Of a stretch of 64,000 nucleotides of DNA, positions 42,843 through 57,840 are shown piece after piece. The notes beneath the pieces are model-generated. The model was not told the origin of the DNA, ran no database searches, and was given only the letters and a program-made list of their open reading frames with translations. Positions within the stretch are counted from its first letter, which is position 1; the number at the start of each line of letters is the position of its first letter. The stretch is from Eledone cirrhosa (lineage: Eukaryota). The DNA is taken from NCBI GenBank assembly GCA_964016885.1, contig OZ024740.1, positions 345,216,001 to 345,280,000 of the forward strand. The letters run 5' to 3'. The translations under genes were made by a program, and so were the position numbers.

Positions 42843-43953
42843 AAAGAAGATAATGGTGATACTGTTGTTGGTGTTGGCGTTAGTAGATGTTTCATCTGTT
42901 CTTGTGATACGATCAATTAATTATAAAAGTGGAATAAAATATGGAGCAAGGACAAATACTTGTTCGGTATACGACAGCCTCTGGACAGAAGATGGAATTG
43001 ATTTAGTAGAGGAAAAGACCTTAACATCTGGAGTGATGATCTAGAGACAACTATTAAGAGACGTGAAAATGAGGATTGACACTATAATATATATGTATAT
43101 ACATGTATATATATAAATTTAAATATATATATATATACATATAGACACACACACACACATATATATATAGCACCAGATGTAGAAATGTGTAATGGCGATG
43201 GCATACACTTTACATAAAAATAAGGGAGTATAATAGAAAATACGTTGACATAGATTTATAAGTAAAACAAATGTTAACATACCATCTGGATTGATGATGA
43301 CAATGATTTTTTAGAGAAACAGAATTTTACAGTACAATACACACTCGCTTCCAAACCTATCATTAACTTTCTATTTTCCTTTCCACGAAGCATTAGATTT
43401 TACTACTAATCATAGAATATCCTTATATATGTTGGAACAAATAAAAGAAATAATATAGAGCAGTGATGATGAAGAACAAAATCTTTCCCAAGAGCCAAAA
43501 GAGCTTCCGGTAAACTGGTTTGATTCTCAGCACTAACTATTTGATTTAATTTATATCTAAGCAACGAAATAATCTTCTTGGTCAATGTTTCCAACCCCGG
43601 TGAAAAATTACCCGCATAGTTTGCATTTCGCCTAACCGAGGGTCAAATTTGCGTATTCTGGATATATATATTCAGGATATATTTTTCCATAATGTTTAAA
43701 AAGAATCTGAATGTGAAAAGAAAATTTGTAGTAGGTTTAGTTTGTTTATTAGTATACTAATTATTGTTCTTTCTACCGTTTTGTGCCCACCGATCTCTAT
43801 TTTATACCTCTCAATTACAGTGTTTGTAAATTGAACCTAAAATATTGATGTTAGGTACAGATGTAGAGATGTAATTACAAATTACACAACAAAACAGGGT
43901 GGTATTAAATTTACTCCCGGTACACAACCATGAGATATACAGGATGATCAATT

Positions 43954-44054
43954 AGAAGAAGAAGAAGAAGAAGAAGAAGAAGAAGAAGAAGAAGAAGAAG
44001 AAGAAGAAGAAGAAGAAGAAGAAGAAGAAGAAGAAGAAGAAGAAGAAGAAGAAG
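43954..44054 (+). repeat. Pure (GAA)n tract, about 33 units
   Basis: Directly visible. A second pure (GAA)n tract lies at 52648-52721. Confidence 0.98.
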
Positions 44055-44580
44055 GTGATGTATTGAAATTTTGAATTATTAAACTTGCGTTAAATCATTA
44101 AATAAGTTAGCTCCAAGAAAAATGTGAAACACTATACAACAAAAATATAGTACTGTTTACTGTTTACAAAAACCAACAACAACATCGTAGTACAACACCC
44201 AACACATTCACTCTCTATGTACACACACGGGTTTAAAGAAATACATCGAAGACTCATAGAATTCAAAGCAAACACAATAAACAAATAAATGAAAGCAAAA
44301 CTTGAGCATAAACACGAAAGGTCAAAGATATAACGGAAGAGAAAAGAAATGGAAGATGTGAACGCCATCGAAATGATAAATAAACAAACAAAGAAAATAA
44401 CAAACTGGAAATTAAATCCCTACACGGTCAAGATTTCACAGAAAGAGTAAATAAATCGGATTATAACACGAAGCAAAGCTATCTGTAGCTCAAAGGCTAA
44501 AACATGAAATTAATATATACACAACACATTCACACACACATATATATATATATTTATACATACATACATACATACATACA

Positions 44581-44612
<32 letters not shown>

Positions 44613-44800
44613 AACAGATTACAAAAGCAGACACGGATCAAGATCCTTTTAACTGAGATGCTCGACAAATATATATGTAAACAGAAAGTCGATCCATATT
44701 GTCTGGGATGTGTACCCTATATGAAAAGAATGTAAAAAAATAAAGCCTGTGCGCTACATAGAAGGATGCTTTGTTTTAACCAAATTTCACGCATGCAAAC

Positions 44801-44831
<31 letters not shown>

Positions 44832-46062
44832 CACACACACACGTGTGTGTGTATGTATATATATATAGTGTTTGTGTGTATGTGTGTGGTCTTGAAGAAC
44901 GTCAAACAAAATATCATTCATGATTTTTTTCGTCGAAGGTCGATAAATAACAAATAACAGCCAAAGTACGCTGGATCAATATAATCGAATAAATCCTTGA
45001 AGATGCTGCTCCAGCAGGCCAACAGTACACTGACTGAAGCCAGTAAAAGAAAAAAGAATTTCTTTACGTACAAAAGATATTTGATTCTAGGAGGAACTGT
45101 GTAAACGAGGTTTTGTTACCACTAGATGTGTTTGCCAAAGTAAAATACTACAAAATGTATATTAACTTATTTGACGATTTATAAAGTGCAATCATTTACA
45201 TCAAAATATCCCAGCAAACCAGGCTTCCTCTTGTAAGTACAAGGTTAGAATTTGGGTTACTGGCAAGGAAAGGTGTGTCTTGTATAGTCTCCTGCTTTAT
45301 AAACTGTCAAAACGGTATATATTCTATTGGGAAACAAACTTAGGAAAGAATAAGTGACATCAGATGATATTATGATCTAGGCTTATGTTTTAAAGATATA
45401 TTGCAACATGGTGCTGGGGGACACATACAATCTCTATCAGAATGCAAGTAGCTGCTTTAATACGACCCTGTTATATCATACAAATTTCAAGAAAATGTAC
45501 ATATCAGAAGCCTTGAATTTATTGATACTTGTAAAATGAAAACCTAGTTGAAAGGGGCTTTTCACAGCCCTGAGCCAATTAAAACCAGAAATAAATGAAA
45601 AAAAAAATATTCTATAGATATTGATTTGATTTTTTACCTTACGGCTTAAATTAAATAATACACCAGAAATGCCCTGGCTTCGATTTAATCAATGTTTCCC
45701 TTGTGCTTAAATCAGAAACCATTATCATTATTGATTTTATTATTAACAGTCGTATTGAAATATTATTAGTTTTAAAATGTTTCAGTGTCAGATTAGAAGA
45801 ATTAATATTAATATGTAATGATCTGGAAGGGTGTTATCTATACCTATTTCAATAATGAATCTGTAAACATCTCTAGAGAGAAGTACTCAATACAGGTGGA
45901 GCGCACAATTATTTGGGTTGAACCTGTGTGGTTGTAGTGAGGATATGCGCATGAATGCCTCTTGTGATGATAGAATTCAATATCATATTACAGAACTGGT
46001 GTCATCTAAAAAATAATTCACATGCGGATACCAACAAGTAACGACATATGGCTTCAGCCGAC

Positions 46063-46169
<107 letters not shown>

Positions 46170-46175
46170 TGGGTG

Positions 46176-46265
<90 letters not shown>

Positions 46266-46268
46266 GTG

Positions 46269-46301
<33 letters not shown>

Positions 46302-46735
46302 TGATTGTTGTCGCACTATCGAGTAGGGCTAAAATATTGCACGCCATGTTCATTTAAAATGCAGTGCCTCGCTTCCATACTTACGCATACACGCATATAT
46401 ACGATCGATGCATTCCACATTATTTTGAAAACGAACGTTTTCTTTCATTTTTTCATGTTGCATTTTTTTTCAAACTTGTAATAGACATTTTACATTTATA
46501 ATTTTTGGCATTATTTCTTGCTTCATTTTACCTTATCTGTTGTATTCACTGTCTGACTATTCCTTTCCCTCAACCTCTCTCACACACTATGCTCTACAAT
46601 TTTTTTCTTTTGATTCGCTCTCTTGCAAGTTATATATTTTTCAATCACCCTTGTCCTCTTTTATAGTTAATATAAATGTGAGTGTATATATATATATATA
46701 TATATACACACAGACACAGACACACACATACACAA

Positions 46736-46792
<57 letters not shown>

Positions 46793-47126
46793 TATATTCA
46801 CTCCTTTTATTCTATTCTTATTTTGTCAACACTTTTCATCCACTGAATTTTTTGTGATGCTTATCGTGCTGTTATTTCGGCATTGTTTTTTTTTTTTTAT
46901 ATATCCTATGGCTTTCAATATATGTACATACACAAACACACACATATTCGCACACACATACACACAATGTACTTGTGTGTGGGTGCGCGTGTGGTTAGAG
47001 AAGACCGCAGCAGAAGCTGGCTGGACTGTAAATGTTACGGAGCTTCCTAGAACCTAATTAAACACCGGAAATTAAATGTAACGTCTTTTCTAGCTCGCTT
47101 TCAGCCTTTCTTTCTCTCCTATCTTT

Positions 47127-47172
<46 letters not shown>

Positions 47173-47209
47173 AAAGATAGGAGAGAAAGAATATGTATGT
47201 TTGTACATA

Positions 47210-47314
<105 letters not shown>

Positions 47315-47467
47315 ATGTTCATATATATATATATATGCTTTCCTACTTTATTTATGTTTATATGTTGTTGTTGCTGTTGTGCAACCTCTCTTAGTTCTTT
47401 CACGTCTTGCGCTATGCATTTCCTCTCTATGATATTCATCACCGTATTTCTTTCCTTCAGTTTGTGT

Positions 47468-47534
<67 letters not shown>

Positions 47535-47951
47535 CGTGTGTGTGTGTGTAAGCATGAGTGTGGATTATATATATTTATATCTAAATACACACACACACAC
47601 ACACATATACGTGTGTGTAGGTGTAGGTGTGTGTGTATGAGAGAGAAAGAGAGAGAGAGATAGTGTGTGTGTGTGTGGGGGGGGGGGGGTCTGTTTGTAT
47701 ATTTATAGTATGTAGTTAGATGAGCAAAAACACGTGTTGTTAGCTAACTTTGAAAACAAAAATTGAAATCGAAACGAGGCTGGATTTTTAGCAGATTTAT
47801 CAAAGGGAGATAAGCATCGAGGGAGGTGAAAAAATACGTCTTTGTCCATAGCAAGAAGATACCTGATGAGTTATTTGATGGAAAGAAAATTGCGTGAAGT
47901 GTGTGCGAGTGTGTGTGTGTGTATGTGTGTGTGTATGTGTGTGTGGTTGTA

Positions 47952-48014
<63 letters not shown>

Positions 48015-48175
48015 TTGTGTGTGTTCACTTTGTTTATCCGATGTAGGGATGTGCGTAGTTACGTATTCGTTCTGAGAGGTCAGTATCTAAATTTGACACC
48101 AGTTGGTTATATATATGTATATAAGTGTTTGTATATATGTACACAAACACACACACATTCACACACACTCTTATA

Positions 48176-48232
<57 letters not shown>

Positions 48233-48237
<5 letters not shown>

Positions 48238-48437
48238 AACCAGTAAGACCCCGACAGCTGAGCTCAAGCCGTTTCGACGGCTAATTCTGGACGGCTAATT
48301 CAGTCCAGAATTAGCCGTCGAAACGGCTTGAGCTCAGCTGTCGGGGTCTTACTGGTTCCTATTACCCACTCTACTACCTCAAGTATTGAGTACTTTGGTG
48401 CGTTATGGTCCACCTGGTTCCTTGCCACATTTCCTTC

Positions 48438-48441
<4 letters not shown>
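48233..48441 (-). mobile_element. Hairpin+arm element, longest copy (60-bp perfect stem)
   Basis: 48233-48292 is the exact reverse complement of 48303-48362, loop ggctaattca. Arm 48363-48441 nearly identical to 30268-30345. (TA)n on both sides. Confidence 0.9.
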
Positions 48442-48530
<89 letters not shown>

Positions 48531-49679
48531 CAAAAGTAAGAGCTTTGTGTGATACCCAGCCACCTACTATTGGCTGCTATAATACTGCGTTTCAATGATA
48601 CGTTTTATACTGATCTTACTAATATAACTCCACATTATACTTTGGATGTCATAATCCAACTACAAATTCGGCATATTAAGCTTTCTCTCAGCAACAACGC
48701 CTATGGTTGTTTCATTTTAAGTTTCTTCCCCATGAACTGACATTAATCGCAAACGTGAAATGCCGTTGTATCATTTGTTCACCGAGGGATATGTTACAGG
48801 ACACTTTGTATTGAACACTAAACGAAATATGACAGGCAGTACACATGATGTTTTTTACATTTTACGAAATCTTCTGGAATTTATGCATTATTAATTTGTG
48901 AATTTATTCTGCATATTCGCTTTGTTTTTATCCTTTGCAATAACATTTCTGCGATATTTTTTAAATAAAATACAGCGTCCAATTTTTTTATCTTCACCCG
49001 GTGTTGCTATTGTTGTGGTGGTTTAGATCCAGGTCAGGTCTGATCAAGCAAACAGACTTTTAAATATGACAAAGAATGTTCTATTCTATTTTAACATTTT
49101 GGTTGAAATTGAAATTACGTTAAGTAAAATATACATTAAATTTGTCTAAAATTTAGATTTCTATCAAAATATAAAAACAGATTTAGTTTAGAGTGATAAC
49201 CACTAATGTGTGTTGACAAAATAGCCATAACAATCAGCCAGTAATTAACATTAGATATTGAATGCAAGGCCGATAAACACGTCTGGCAAAGAATGTTACA
49301 TATTTTCGATATCGATGAAGACTGTAACAATGTTGAGTAAAATAAATGTAAGACTTAATAAATCATCCATTTACATGACCCTTGGATGCTTTTAAAAGAG
49401 TCCACTCTGTTAAAACCCATAACTACAGGGCACCTATCAGAGGATAACATCCTCATTTATCTTTCTGGTCTTAGAGCTCCAAAAAGGTTTATGGATTTTC
49501 GGCTTTCTCTAAAACTGCTGGCTTGAACAAGTGTCCTCTAACCTGTTACGTTAAACCACTCACCTACCGGATGTCCCAGAAACACAAGTAATAATATTAT
49601 TCATGCATATATATTTATAGATTGAACAGAACACCTAAAATGATAGAAAAAAGAAAACAGTTGTTTCTTTCTACTTATT

Positions 49680-50405
49680 GAGAATTGTTGATAGGATTTA
49701 GACACATACAAAGCAGGTGAATAGACATAGACAACAAAATATCAATGTTCATTCATAAACCGACTGTATGAAAGAAGCTATAATAACAAAGACAGTTAAC
49801 AATTAACACCACGAATGAATGGTATATTGGGCAATGTACATGATAAATCTTGTAAGGTATAGCATTTCAAAAATATCGAAGGTTGTAAAGTGAAAGAGTA
49901 CTAAGAAGGATCATCGGGTCGTAGAAATCCAAGAGAATATGCCAGGGTATATAAACGAACCTTCGAAAACCATTCAATATTAAAAATGTATGTTGGACAG
50001 TCATAATATATCATTAAATGGGCTATAAAAAAATCGTAACCGAAGTGATGGCGGCAGGAATCACATTTGACCACTTATTTTTGCTCGAGAAACACAAAGG
50101 TTTCTTTGTTAAAGCTAAGACACGTGCTTTAAAACACGAAGGAAGGAAAACTGTTCGAAGAGTTCGAGTTGCGGACGCGCAACGTGGCAATAAAGCCACA
50201 ATTCTGTTATCGGGGATACTTTTTCTAATTGGGTCTTTTAATTTACTTACTAGCTCTCACTATAGTCTATTTTCTCTATTGATTCTAAACTAATATCTCA
50301 CTTCAGTTATCTCTCCACTGGTTGTTGATGGTGGCTTCAGTCAACTGTTGCTTAAGTAATTCACTAATCTTGTTTCTGTAATATTTGTAACCCGTGAAAG
50401 CCGAG
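49680..50405 (+). mobile_element. Old Penelope-like remnant (GIY-YIG endonuclease)
   Basis: About 49940-50020 translates to ARVYKRTFENHSILKMYVGQS (GIY...YIG-like). Region ends in cccgtgaaagcc, resembling PLE termini as I recall them. Boundaries approximate. Confidence 0.45.
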
Positions 50406-52190
50406 TCCAGCCTCCATTAACCGGGCCTTTGTCTATAAATTCTATCTATATGGACCAAGCAAATCACAAATTTGTATTTTGTGTAGCCGATCAGATGGGC
50501 TTGTGCACAACACTTCAGACAATATATTTAAATACGATGTGGATAAACAGATGTGTTTACTTTAGAGGCCCATTCTGGAAACCAACTTGATAACCGTGGG
50601 GAAAGCTTCTAGATGTCTGAAGAAGTCCGCTTACCCTGTTCCGGTTATTATATAGTCGTCCTCTTTCTTGGAATCGTAGTTGGTTTTTCGAAGAACAGTG
50701 AAATTGATTTAGGTTAGTTGTGCTTGTAGGCTTGTTGTTTCTTCATTATTTTCAACTTTGTTTTGTAATTCTGATTTATGTGTCATTTTTTTTTCATGTT
50801 GATACCAATGGAAAAGATTAAAAACAAGAATTTCTATACCACCAAAATTTGCATGACTCAGATTAATATTGTCAAAATATCTGTTTCTTTTTAAAACCAG
50901 CATGTCTGATATGAGCAATGTCTGATCGCCCTTTCTCGCAGGTCGAGAGACAACGAGTGTCTCTCGCGTTAACCAGGGAAAAATCATTTCGAAAACCTAG
51001 GTCGTGTGAGAGTGACAATTGAGGTAAACAGAACAATGACTATTAGAGGTGCTAGGCCTACTGGAGGCGGCGGCTCAAACGGATAATCTAAACACTGTCC
51101 CGAGAATCAAAATAAGTTCAAAGTAATGTTCCGTGTATTTGTTAAGATGTATAATTATTTGACCGTTTGTGAGATAAGTGTTTGTTAAAGACGGGAGAAA
51201 ATATGTTATAAGACGTAGAAGAAAGACTAAGTTGTGTACATTGGGTGAAAGAGAGAAATAGCAAGGGAAAGACAAAGAGAGAAAAATGAAGGATATAGGA
51301 AAAAAAAAAAAAAAAAAAACAGAAGGGGAAAGAAAGACACAAAGGTGAAAAAAAAAAGAACATATGAAATAAAGTAAAAAGGAAGAAAGAGAGAATACAA
51401 GAGAGAGGAGGATTCCGATTATATTTATTGACATCGAGAGTGAAACTTCCTCAGTAAACGATATGATCTTTATTTGACAGGAAGTTGTGAACAAAACAAC
51501 CCCACACCTCTTAAACATCTTCATCGTACGTGTCGTGAATAAATTATATTTCTAAAATCTTGAGATTACCTATGACGACGCCGGAGTCGTTTGCCACTAA
51601 TGACCTCTCACCACCATCAACAACATGCTACTACCCCCCACAACTAATATCACCCAATCTGCTGCCATAACAATAACCACAACTATGATCACCCTTCATA
51701 ACCATTTTCTACATTAACTCAACAAAGAAGCCTCTATGTAGCAACTCAATTTGGTAGAAACAGTAGCAAGGTCGTCCTCATATCGCACTACCACATTAGA
51801 ATATTAAACAAAAAAAATTGGATAATATATTCCTAGTTTGTTATTTTTGAATAAAAGACTGGAGGATTATGGTTCCAACGCCGTTAATCGCATGTATTCA
51901 CAAGATGAGATGACCTGGTGAATATCGGCAACAGAAATCTCAACTCGTTTATCAACAACATTAAAGTTTCCGTCTAATGAAAAATAGACTTGCCTACGAG
52001 AGAAGGCGGTCGTACAACTTACTAAAAATAACAGCTAAAGTAAATTTTATTTTGTCGAGGGGAAAGATATATGGCAAAGAAGATCTCGGTGGGATCTGAG
52101 CCCAGTATATATTAAACCAGAAAATAATACCTCAATCTTTTTTTTTTTTTCATCGTTCTAAGTATTCTGCTAATCCATCGAATAATAATT

Positions 52191-52375
52191 GTTTCTACTT
52201 TTGGCACAAGGCCAGCAATTATCCCAGTGCATTACTGGTACTTTATTTTATCGACCCCGTAAGGATGAAAGGCAAAGCTAACCTCGGCGGGAATTGAAAT
52301 CAGAAGGTAAAGGGTTGTAACTCTCTGTCGTGAAGCATGGTGTCCGCTGCTCTACCAATGTTGCCCCTCCACCGC
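52191..52375 (-). mobile_element. tRNA-derived SINE, near full length
   Basis: Reverse complement: gcggtggaggggcaacattggtagagcagcggacacc...tgatttcaattcccgccgaggttagctttgcctttcatccttacggggtcgataaaataaagtaccag...ctggccttgtgccaaaagtagaaac. TAA/TGA repeats on both sides. Confidence 0.9.
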
Positions 52376-53299
52376 GAATAATGATAATGATGATAGCTTA
52401 TATTTACCAGAGAAGACACATAGACATGTTACAATAATCTATTTGTTGGTCACAAGAACCTTATATATTAGAATGAATACGAGGATGAAATACAAAAGAT
52501 AACAACGCACATGAATTCATAACGAATAACAAAGTGTGAGAACAACAAAACAAGAAAGTCGTATTAATAAATATGTAATAAGAGCAATAAGAGTATATAA
52601 CATCTATAAAACAGTAACAGACACTTAAAATAGGAATGATAACAACAAAGAAGAAGAAGAAGAAGAAGAAGAAGAAGAAGAAGAAGAAGAAGAAGAAGAA
52701 GAAGAAGAAGAAGAAGAAGAAAGATTACTCGTGTGGGCATATAGTTAAGCGAAGATGGATGCTTATACTCTCGATTAGATCGTTGAGCTAGGGTTAACTA
52801 TATAGCCGTACGGGCCGGCAATAGAGAGATTTTAAATAGGGAGGAAAGGGAAAATATGTGAAAAGAGGGATGAGAATCAGGAGGAGGAGGAGAAGAGATA
52901 TGGTGAGGCAGATTGAGCCCCATATAGCCAATCCGCACATACACCTCATTAATCAAGAGCCGCGAAAAATTGACCACATACGGAGTAGACTCGCTGTGCG
53001 TGACACATCCTGATCAGAGTGTCACGACCAAGCTGCCATCCTCCTCCTCCTCAACATCACCATCATCATCATCATCATCATCATCGTCATCATCATCACC
53101 ATTATCATCATCGTCATCAACAACATTGTCGTCATCAACGTCATCATCATCATCATCATCATCAAAATCGTCGTCGTCATCCTTAGTGATGGTAATGGTG
53201 ACGTCATCACAATTATCATCATCACAATCGTAATGACAAAAACGATTGAATTAATTATTATCACAATCATCTTCATCATTACTATCACTACCTTCAACG

Positions 53300-56200
53300 C
53301 TATCAGCACCAACACCACCAAAACCACACCATCACTATCAGTACCAACACCACCAAAACCACACCATCACTATCAGCACCAACACCACCAAAACCACACC
53401 ATCACCATCAGCACCACACCACCAAAACCACACCATCACTATCAGCACCAACACCACCAAAACCACACCATCACCATCAGCACCAACACCACCAAAACCA
53501 CACCATCACTATCAGCACCAACACCACCAAAACCACACCATCACTATCAACACCAACACCACCAAAACCACACCATCACTATCAGCACCAACACCACCAA
53601 CACCACACCATCATCATCAGCAACAACACCACCAAAACCACACCATCACTATCAGCACCAACACCACCAAAACCACACCATCACTATCAGCACCAACACC
53701 ACCAAAACCACACCATCACTATCAGCACCAACACCACCAAAACCACACCATCACTATCAGCACCAACACCACCAAAACCACACCATCACTATCAGCACCA
53801 ACACCACCAAAACCACACCATCACTATCAGCACCAACACCACCAAAACCACACCATCACTATCAGCACCAACACCACCAAAACCACACCATCACTATCAG
53901 CACCAACACCACCAAAATCACACCATCACTATCAGCACCAACACCACCAAAACCACACCATCAGTATCAGCACCAACACCACCAAAACCACACCATCATC
54001 ATCAGCAACAACACCACCAAAACAACACCATCACTATCAGCACCAACACCACCAAAACCACACCATCACTATCAGCACCAACACCACCAAAAACACACCA
54101 TCATCATCAGCAACAACACCACCAAAACCACACCATCACTATCAGCACCAACACCACCAAAACCACACTATCATTATCAGCACCAACACCACCAAAACCA
54201 CACCATCACCATCAGCACCAACACCACCAAAACCACCCATCACTATCAGCACCAACACCACCAAAATCACACCATCACTATCAGCAGCAACACCACCAAA
54301 ACCACACCATCACCATCAGCACCAACACCACCAAAACCACACCATCACTATCAGCACCAACACCACCCAAACCACACCATCACCATCAGCACCAACACCA
54401 CCAAAACCACACCATCATCATCAGCAACAACACCAGCAAAACCACACCATCACTTCAGCACCAACACTACCAAAACCACCCATCACTATCAGCACCAACA
54501 CCACCAAAACCACACCATCACTATCAGCAGCAACACCACCAAAACCACACCATCACTATCAGCACCAACACCACCAAAACCACCCATCACTATCAGCACC
54601 AACACCACCAAAACCACACCATCATCATCAGCACCAACACCACCAAAACCACACCATCATAATCACTACCAACACCACCCAAACCACACCATCACCATCA
54701 GCACCAACACCACCAAAACCACACCATCACTATCAGCACCAACACCACCAAAACCACACCATCACTATCAGCACCAACACCACCAAAACCACACCATCAC
54801 CATCAACACCAACACCACCAAAACCACACCATCACTATCAACACCAACACCACCAAAACCACACAATCACCATCAGGACCAACACCACCAAAACCACAAC
54901 ATCACTATCATCACCAACACCACCAAAACCACCCATCACTATCAGCACCAACACTACCAAAACCACACCATCACTATCAGCACCAACACCACCAAAACCA
55001 CACCATCACCATCAGCACCAACACCACCAAAACCACCCATCACTATCAGCACCAACACCACCAAAACCACACCATCACTATCAGCACCAACACCACCAAA
55101 ACCACCCATCACTATCAGCACCAACACCACCAAAACCACCCATCACTATCAGCACCAACCCCACCAAAACCACACCATCACTATCAGCACCAACACCACC
55201 AAAACCACACCATCACCATCAACACCACCAAAACCACACCATCACTATCAACACCAACACCACCAAAACCACACAATCACCATCAGGACCAACACCACCA
55301 AAACCACACCATCACTATCAGCACCAACACCACCAAAACCACCCATCACTATCAGCACCAACACCACCAAAACCACACCATCACTATCAGCACCAACACC
55401 ACCAAAAGCACACCATCACTATCATCACCAACACCACCAAAACCACACCATCACTATCAGCACCAACACCACCAAAACCACACCATCACCATCAGCACCA
55501 ACACCACCAAAACCACACCATCACTATCAGCACCAACACCACCAAAACCACACCGTCACCATCAGCACCAACACCACCAAAACCACACCATCACTATCAG
55601 CACCAACACCACCCAAACCACACCATCACCATCAGCACCAACACCACCAAAACCACACCATCAACATCAGCAACAACACCACCAAAACCACACCATCAAC
55701 ATCAGCACCAACACCACCAAAACCACACCATCACCATCACTATCAGCACCAACACCACCAAAACCACACCATCACTATCAGCACCAACACCACCAAAACC
55801 ACACCATCACTATCAGCACCAACACCACCAAACCACACCATCACTATCAGCACCAACACCACCAAAACCACCCATCACTATCAGCACCAACACCACCAAA
55901 CCACACCATCACCATTAGCACCAACGCCACCAAAACCACACCATCACCTTCAGCACCACACCACCAAAACCACACCATCACTATCAGCACCAACACCACC
56001 AAACCACACCATCACTATCAGCACCAACACCACCAAAACCACCCATCACTATCAGCACCAACACCACCAAACCACACCATCACCATTAGCACCAACACCA
56101 CCAAACCACACCATCACTATTAGCACCAACACCACCAAAACCACACCATCACTATCAGCACCAACACCACCAAACCACACCATCACTATCAGCACCAACA

Positions 56201-57100
56201 CCACCAAACCACACCATCACCATTAGCACCAACACCACCAAAACCACACCATCACCTTCAGCACCACACCACCAAAACCACACTAACACTATCAGCACCA
56301 ACACCACCAAAACCACACCATCACTATCAGCACCAACACCACCAAAACCACACCATCACAATCAGCACCAACACCACCAAAACCACACCATCACTATCAG
56401 CACCAACACCACCAAAACCACACCATCACCATCAGCACCAACATCACCAAAACCACACCATCACTATCAGCACCAACACCACCAGAACCACACCATCACT
56501 ATCAGCACCAACACCACCAAAATCACACCATCACCATCAGCAACAACACCAGCAAAACCACACCATCACTTCAGCACCAACACCACCAACACCACACCAT
56601 CATCATCAGCACCAACACCACCAAAACCACACCATCACCATTAGCACCAACACCACCAAAACCACACCATCACCATCAGCACCAACACCACCAAAACCAC
56701 ACCATCACCATCAGCACCAACACCACCAAAACCACACCATCACTTCAGCACCAACACCACCAAAACCACACCATCACTATCAGCACCAACACCACCAAAA
56801 CCACACCATCATCATCAGCACCAACACCACCAAAACCACACCATCACCATTAGCACCAACACCACCAAAACCACACCATCACCATCAGCACCAACACCAC
56901 CAAAACCACACCATCACTATCAGCACCAACACCACCAAAACCACACCAACACTATCAGCACCAACACCACCAAAACGACACCATCACCATCAGCACCAAC
57001 ACCACCAAAACCACACCATCACCATCAGCACCAACACCACCAAAACCACACCATCACTATCAGCACCAACACCACCAAAACCATACCATTTCCATCAACA
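53300..57100. repeat. 35-bp minisatellite array, about 3.8 kb (roughly 105-110 units)
   Basis: Unit atcagcaccaacaccaccaaaaccacaccatcact, with occasional 1-2 bp deletions and point variants. Confidence 0.97.
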
Positions 57101-57102
57101 CG

Positions 57103-57194
57103 ACTACCAACAACTACTACTACCACCACCAACAATACTACTACTTCTACTACTACTACTACCGCTGCTGCTACTGCTGCTGCTGCTACTAGTG

Positions 57195-57246
<52 letters not shown>

Positions 57247-57323
57247 AACTACTACTACTAATACTACTACTATACTACTACTGATGCTGCTACTACTACT
57301 GTTACCACTGCTGCTACTGATAT

Positions 57324-57372
<49 letters not shown>

Positions 57373-57587
57373 GCTACTGCTACTACTACTACTACAGCAG
57401 AGACAATAACGGGATCAAGGGAACTTAACGGCTGCTCATTCCAACGATAATCCGCTGCTATTGACACGCTGAGCTTTAATACGCCATTGAAGACAAGCTG
57501 TGATGCTTAAGTTAGATGAATCAGTTTGGTTTGGCAGAAGAGATGAAATCGAAAGATTACAATGAAAGTCTAAGAAACTACTGCGGT

Positions 57588-57618
<31 letters not shown>

Positions 57619-57624
57619 ACAACG

Positions 57625-57701
<77 letters not shown>

Positions 57702-57741
57702 TTTGGTGGTGGTGGTGGTGGTGGTGGTGGTGTTGTTGTTG

Positions 57742-57773
<32 letters not shown>

Positions 57774-57789
57774 GGTGGTGGTGGTGGTG

Positions 57790-57840
<51 letters not shown>

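Noticed and set aside
52191-52375. tRNA gene suggested by B-box-like motifs
   Set aside because: No cloverleaf, and multiple diverged copies share a non-tRNA body and tail, so it is a SINE.
53233-56226. 997-aa His/Thr/Pro-rich ORF resembling a mucin or extensin
   Set aside because: It is the translation of a 35-bp tandem repeat lacking stop codons. Indels switch frames freely and the array continues past the stop, so there is no sign of coding constraint.
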